DNA of 64,000 bases from Porticoccaceae bacterium. Its GTDB lineage: Bacteria > Pseudomonadota > Gammaproteobacteria > Pseudomonadales > Porticoccaceae. Shown here one piece after another: positions 61,438 through 64,000 of the stretch. The notes below the pieces were generated by a model, which saw only the letters and a program-made list of their open reading frames with translations, made no database searches and was not told the DNA's origin. How positions within the stretch are numbered: the first letter of the stretch is position 1; every line of letters begins with the position of its first letter. The position numbers were made by a program, and so were the translations under genes. The DNA is taken from the NCBI GenBank assembly GCA_041594335.1, contig JBFHML010000003.1:5412-69411 (forward strand). Reading direction: 5' to 3'.

Positions 61438-64000
61438 TCAGCTAGAGGTCGCTTCGGGTCCACCGGGCAGGGATTGCCCGCGCAACAGTTCCGCGACCTG
61501 CGGATCCAAGCTGCGCAGATGCAGGTCACGCTGCGGAAACGAGATTTCCACACCGTGCTTCCGAAACGCCCCATCAATCGCTTCATGAATTTCGTGTGTC
61601 GTCGGCAACAACTCCGACAGCCCCATGACGAAGACCCGCACCTCGAAATTCAAACTGCTATCCCCAAAGCCGACAAACCAAACCTGTGGAGGAGGATCCT
61701 TAAGCGCTCGGGTACATCTCTGCGCCACCTCAAGTAACAGGCGCCGCGCCAGCGCAGTGTCCGATCCATAGGCAATGCCTACGGGCACAATCACCCGCAA
61801 CACTGGGTCACTCAGAGTCCAATTGATGAGCTGATCGGTGATAAACGCCTTGTTGGGCACGATCAACTCTTTGCGATCCCAGTCCGTAATGGTCGTGGCG
61901 CGAATTCGAATTCGGGTGACGGTGCCGGTCACCGATCCAACCGTCACGGTGTCGCCAATGCGAAACGGGCGCTCAAACAGCACGATCAACCCGCACACGA
62001 AATTGGCCACCACTTCCTGCAGCCCAAACCCCAACCCGACCCCCAACGCCGCGACCAGCCACTGCAATCGACTCCATTCCAAGCCGAGCAGATTCACGAC
62101 CACCAGTACACCCACGGTGATGATCACGTAGCGGCTGACCGCATTGGCGGCATAGCGAGCACCCGCGTCGACCTGCAACCGCTGCAATACCGCCACCTCC
62201 AGCAACCCGGGCAGGTTGCGCGCCGCGACGAACGTCAGCACCGCGATACCGAAGGCGATTCCCAGACTCGCGGCGGTGACTGCAGCACGGGTTTCATTCT
62301 CGCCACTACCCGACAAGTACTCCCACAGTACGATTTCTCGCAGCGCCGCCAGCGCCGGCAAGAGGTCAACCCAGATCCACCAAACGCCAACGAGAAATAC
62401 CAGCGCGGCGATAATCTTGAGGAAGCCCCGGACCTGCGCATCGACCGCGCTCAAATCGATTTTCTGGTCATCCTCAACTGAGACTGTCGCCTCCCCCTGC
62501 ATTTCCACGCCAACGTCACGGCGCTCCGCAACAGGGTTAGGCAACGGCACCTGGCGCCGAGCGAGCCGTAGCTCGAACAGTCGCAACCCGCGCAAAGCAA
62601 TCTGTGTCCCCAGCACCACCAAGGCGCCCAACACCAGGGTTGCGCAGAAGCGCGCCAACACCTCCTGCGCGGTGAAGTAATAGCCGGCCAAAGCCAGGAC
62701 CGCCAGAACCAAAGGCACGGAGGCGAAAGCGCCAAACCACAGGGAGCGAAGATTCCAGGGCCAACCGTGTCGACGGGCATCGACAAAATACAGCGACAGT
62801 AAGCCGCCCTCGGGATGAAGAGCGCGCCCGATAAAGAGTGTCAAGGCGATCGCGCCCAGAACGAATGCGGCACGGCCCAAGGTGTCTAAATGCTCACCGA
62901 GCGCGTTGGTCGCGGCCACCACCAGGGTAGATACCACCAACGCCGGCAACAGCATGTACAGGGCTCGAGTGACCACCTGGCGCGGCCCTCGCGGCCAGCC
63001 CAGATGGGCCCCCAACAATCCCTCATCCCGGCAAAAAACGCGAGCCAGTTCGAGCACTAGCGCCACCAAGGCAGCGACGCCCAACCCCTCGGACAAGGCT
63101 TGAAGCCATCGCGCGCCCGCGCCACCCCCAAGCACCAAGGCCGCGAACCCGAATGTCAGCGGCACCCGTGTCGCCAAGAGTAGGCTGACCAACACGGCAC
63201 CTGCCGTATGGCGGAATCGGTCGCGCTCGGGGTCGCCGACAGGCGCAGCGAAGCGCTCCAACCAGACCCGCAGGCGGCCACGATAGAAAAAGCCAAGCCC
63301 CACCGCCAACAGTGCGCCGCTCAGCACCAATGGATGCAGCCGCCAGGAACGTGCCGACGCCAATAACAGCTCGCGCCAGACACCCGGCTCGACCAAGGCC
63401 CGCAACGGCGCGAAGGCGGAGAGTGGCCAATGCCAATTCGGGCGCCGCGCATCCGCCACCCACACCAAATCACGACTCAATAACTCTGCGTAGTCATCCG
63501 TGACTTCGGCGAGTTGTCGCGCCAGTTGGTCCAGGCTGGTTAATTCGGTAATGTAGTGGGTATAAGCCCGATCCAGTCGCTCGCGCAACTGCGCGCCACG
63601 TTCCAGTTCCGCTTTCAACACCGGCCGCAGCGCATGGCGCTCCTGTTCGGGGAATGGCGCAAGCCGCTCATCGAGCGTGTCGCCGCCCCGCGCTAGAGCT
63701 TTACGCTCGGCCCGCAGTTCCATTTGCTCGACGCGCGCCTGCGCGATAGCTTCGCCCCGCTTGCGCGCTTCTTGCGGCTCCGGCATCAAGCTCGGGAGCT
63801 CTTGTCGTTGGCGGTGCAATACCCGACCGAGGGTACCGCCGGACTTGGCGATGGCCAACTGATCCACGGCCGTATCCCGCAGCTCCCGGACCTCTTCGAG
63901 GCGCACGCGCAGCCCACGCTGTGATTCAACTATTCCCTCTAGACGTTGGTGTACGTCCGCCAGACGCGCCGCAAGGGCCTCGTTCGCGTGCATTGCCTCG
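61438..64000 (-). CDS. mscK: Mechanosensitive channel MscK/KefA-like (MscS family), 5-prime end outside the window
   Basis: Long coiled-coil periplasmic region, multiple TM helices, and a C-terminal MscS core (FERPFRIGDTVTVGSVTGTVTRIRIRATTITDWDRKELIVPN). The frame runs to the window edge and no signal peptide is seen. Confidence 0.85.
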   Translation of the reverse strand, partial: EAMHANEALAARLADVHQRLEGIVESQRGLRVRLEEVRELRDTAVDQLAIAKSGGTLGRVLHRQRQELPSLMPEPQEARKRGEAIAQARVEQMELRAERKALARGGDTLDERLAPFPEQERHALRPVLKAELERGAQLRERLDRAYTHYITELTSLDQLARQLAEVTDDYAELLSRDLVWVADARRPNWHWPLSAFAPLRALVEPGVWRELLLASARSWRLHPLVLSGALLAVGLGFFYRGRLRVWLERFAAPVGDPERDRFRHTAGAVLVSLLLATRVPLTFGFAALVLGGGAGARWLQALSEGLGVAALVALVLELARVFCRDEGLLGAHLGWPRGPRQVVTRALYMLLPALVVSTLVVAATNALGEHLDTLGRAAFVLGAIALTLFIGRALHPEGGLLSLYFVDARRHGWPWNLRSLWFGAFASVPLVLAVLALAGYYFTAQEVLARFCATLVLGALVVLGTQIALRGLRLFELRLARRQVPLPNPVAERRDVGVEMQGEATVSVEDDQKIDLSAVDAQVRGFLKIIAALVFLVGVWWIWVDLLPALAALREIVLWEYLSGSGENETRAAVTAASLGIAFGIAVLTFVAARNLPGLLEVAVLQRLQVDAGARYAANAVSRYVIITVGVLVVVNLLGLEWSRLQWLVAALGVGLGFGLQEVVANFVCGLIVLFERPFRIGDTVTVGSVTGTVTRIRIRATTITDWDRKELIVPNKAFITDQLINWTLSDPVLRVIVPVGIAYGSDTALARRLLLEVAQRCTRALKDPPPQVWFVGFGDSSLNFEVRVFVMGLSELLPTTHEIHEAIDGAFRKHGVEISFPQRDLHLRSLDPQVAELLRGQSLPGGPEATSS

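Overview
Visibly GC-rich chromosomal core segment with gammaproteobacterial gene order. I call about 59 protein genes and 5 tRNAs, densely packed and mostly housekeeping. From left to right: (1) an LLM oxidoreductase and a pseudouridine synthase. (2) A translationally coupled nadK / rhomboid / yeaC(DUF1315) / DUF2797 operon. (3) A LexA-box-controlled imuA-imuB-dnaE2 mutagenesis cassette. (4) An amidohydrolase and a host-attachment-family protein. (5) The minus-strand supercluster tRNA-Val/Asp/Val, thrS, infC, rpmI, rplT, pheS, pheT, ihfA, merR-like, tRNA-Pro. (6) queD, DUF503 and thpR. (7) Aldehyde dehydrogenase with DUF779. (8) trmA, murI and a NUDIX gene. (9) An AddAB-like nuclease plus helicase-nuclease pair. 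(10) DAHP synthase, cca and hsp20. (11) tsaD-folB-folK, divergent from rpsU-yqeY-dnaG-rpoD-tRNA-Ile2. (12) fbaB, marR-phrB. (13) The sdhCDAB-sucAB-lpdA-sucCD block, divergent from gltA. (14) A 5-prime-truncated mscK-like channel gene. I see no transposase, integrase, phage gene, CRISPR array, reverse transcriptase or recognisable defence or toxin-antitoxin module, so I cannot honestly claim a clearly novel system. The best leads are three poorly characterised gene sets: the nadK/rhomboid/DUF1315/DUF2797 operon, where DUF2797 looks like Zn-ribbons plus a GIY-YIG/T5orf172-like core; the AddAB-like pair; and the orphan Host_attach protein. There are also several RNA and regulatory signals readable directly from the sequence: a tRNA-Thr anticodon-arm mimic in the thrS leader, a non-AUG infC start, a near-consensus sigma-32 promoter, and an extremely AT-rich 59-bp patch at the murI 3-prime end. 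All family assignments come from motif recognition by eye, not from searches.
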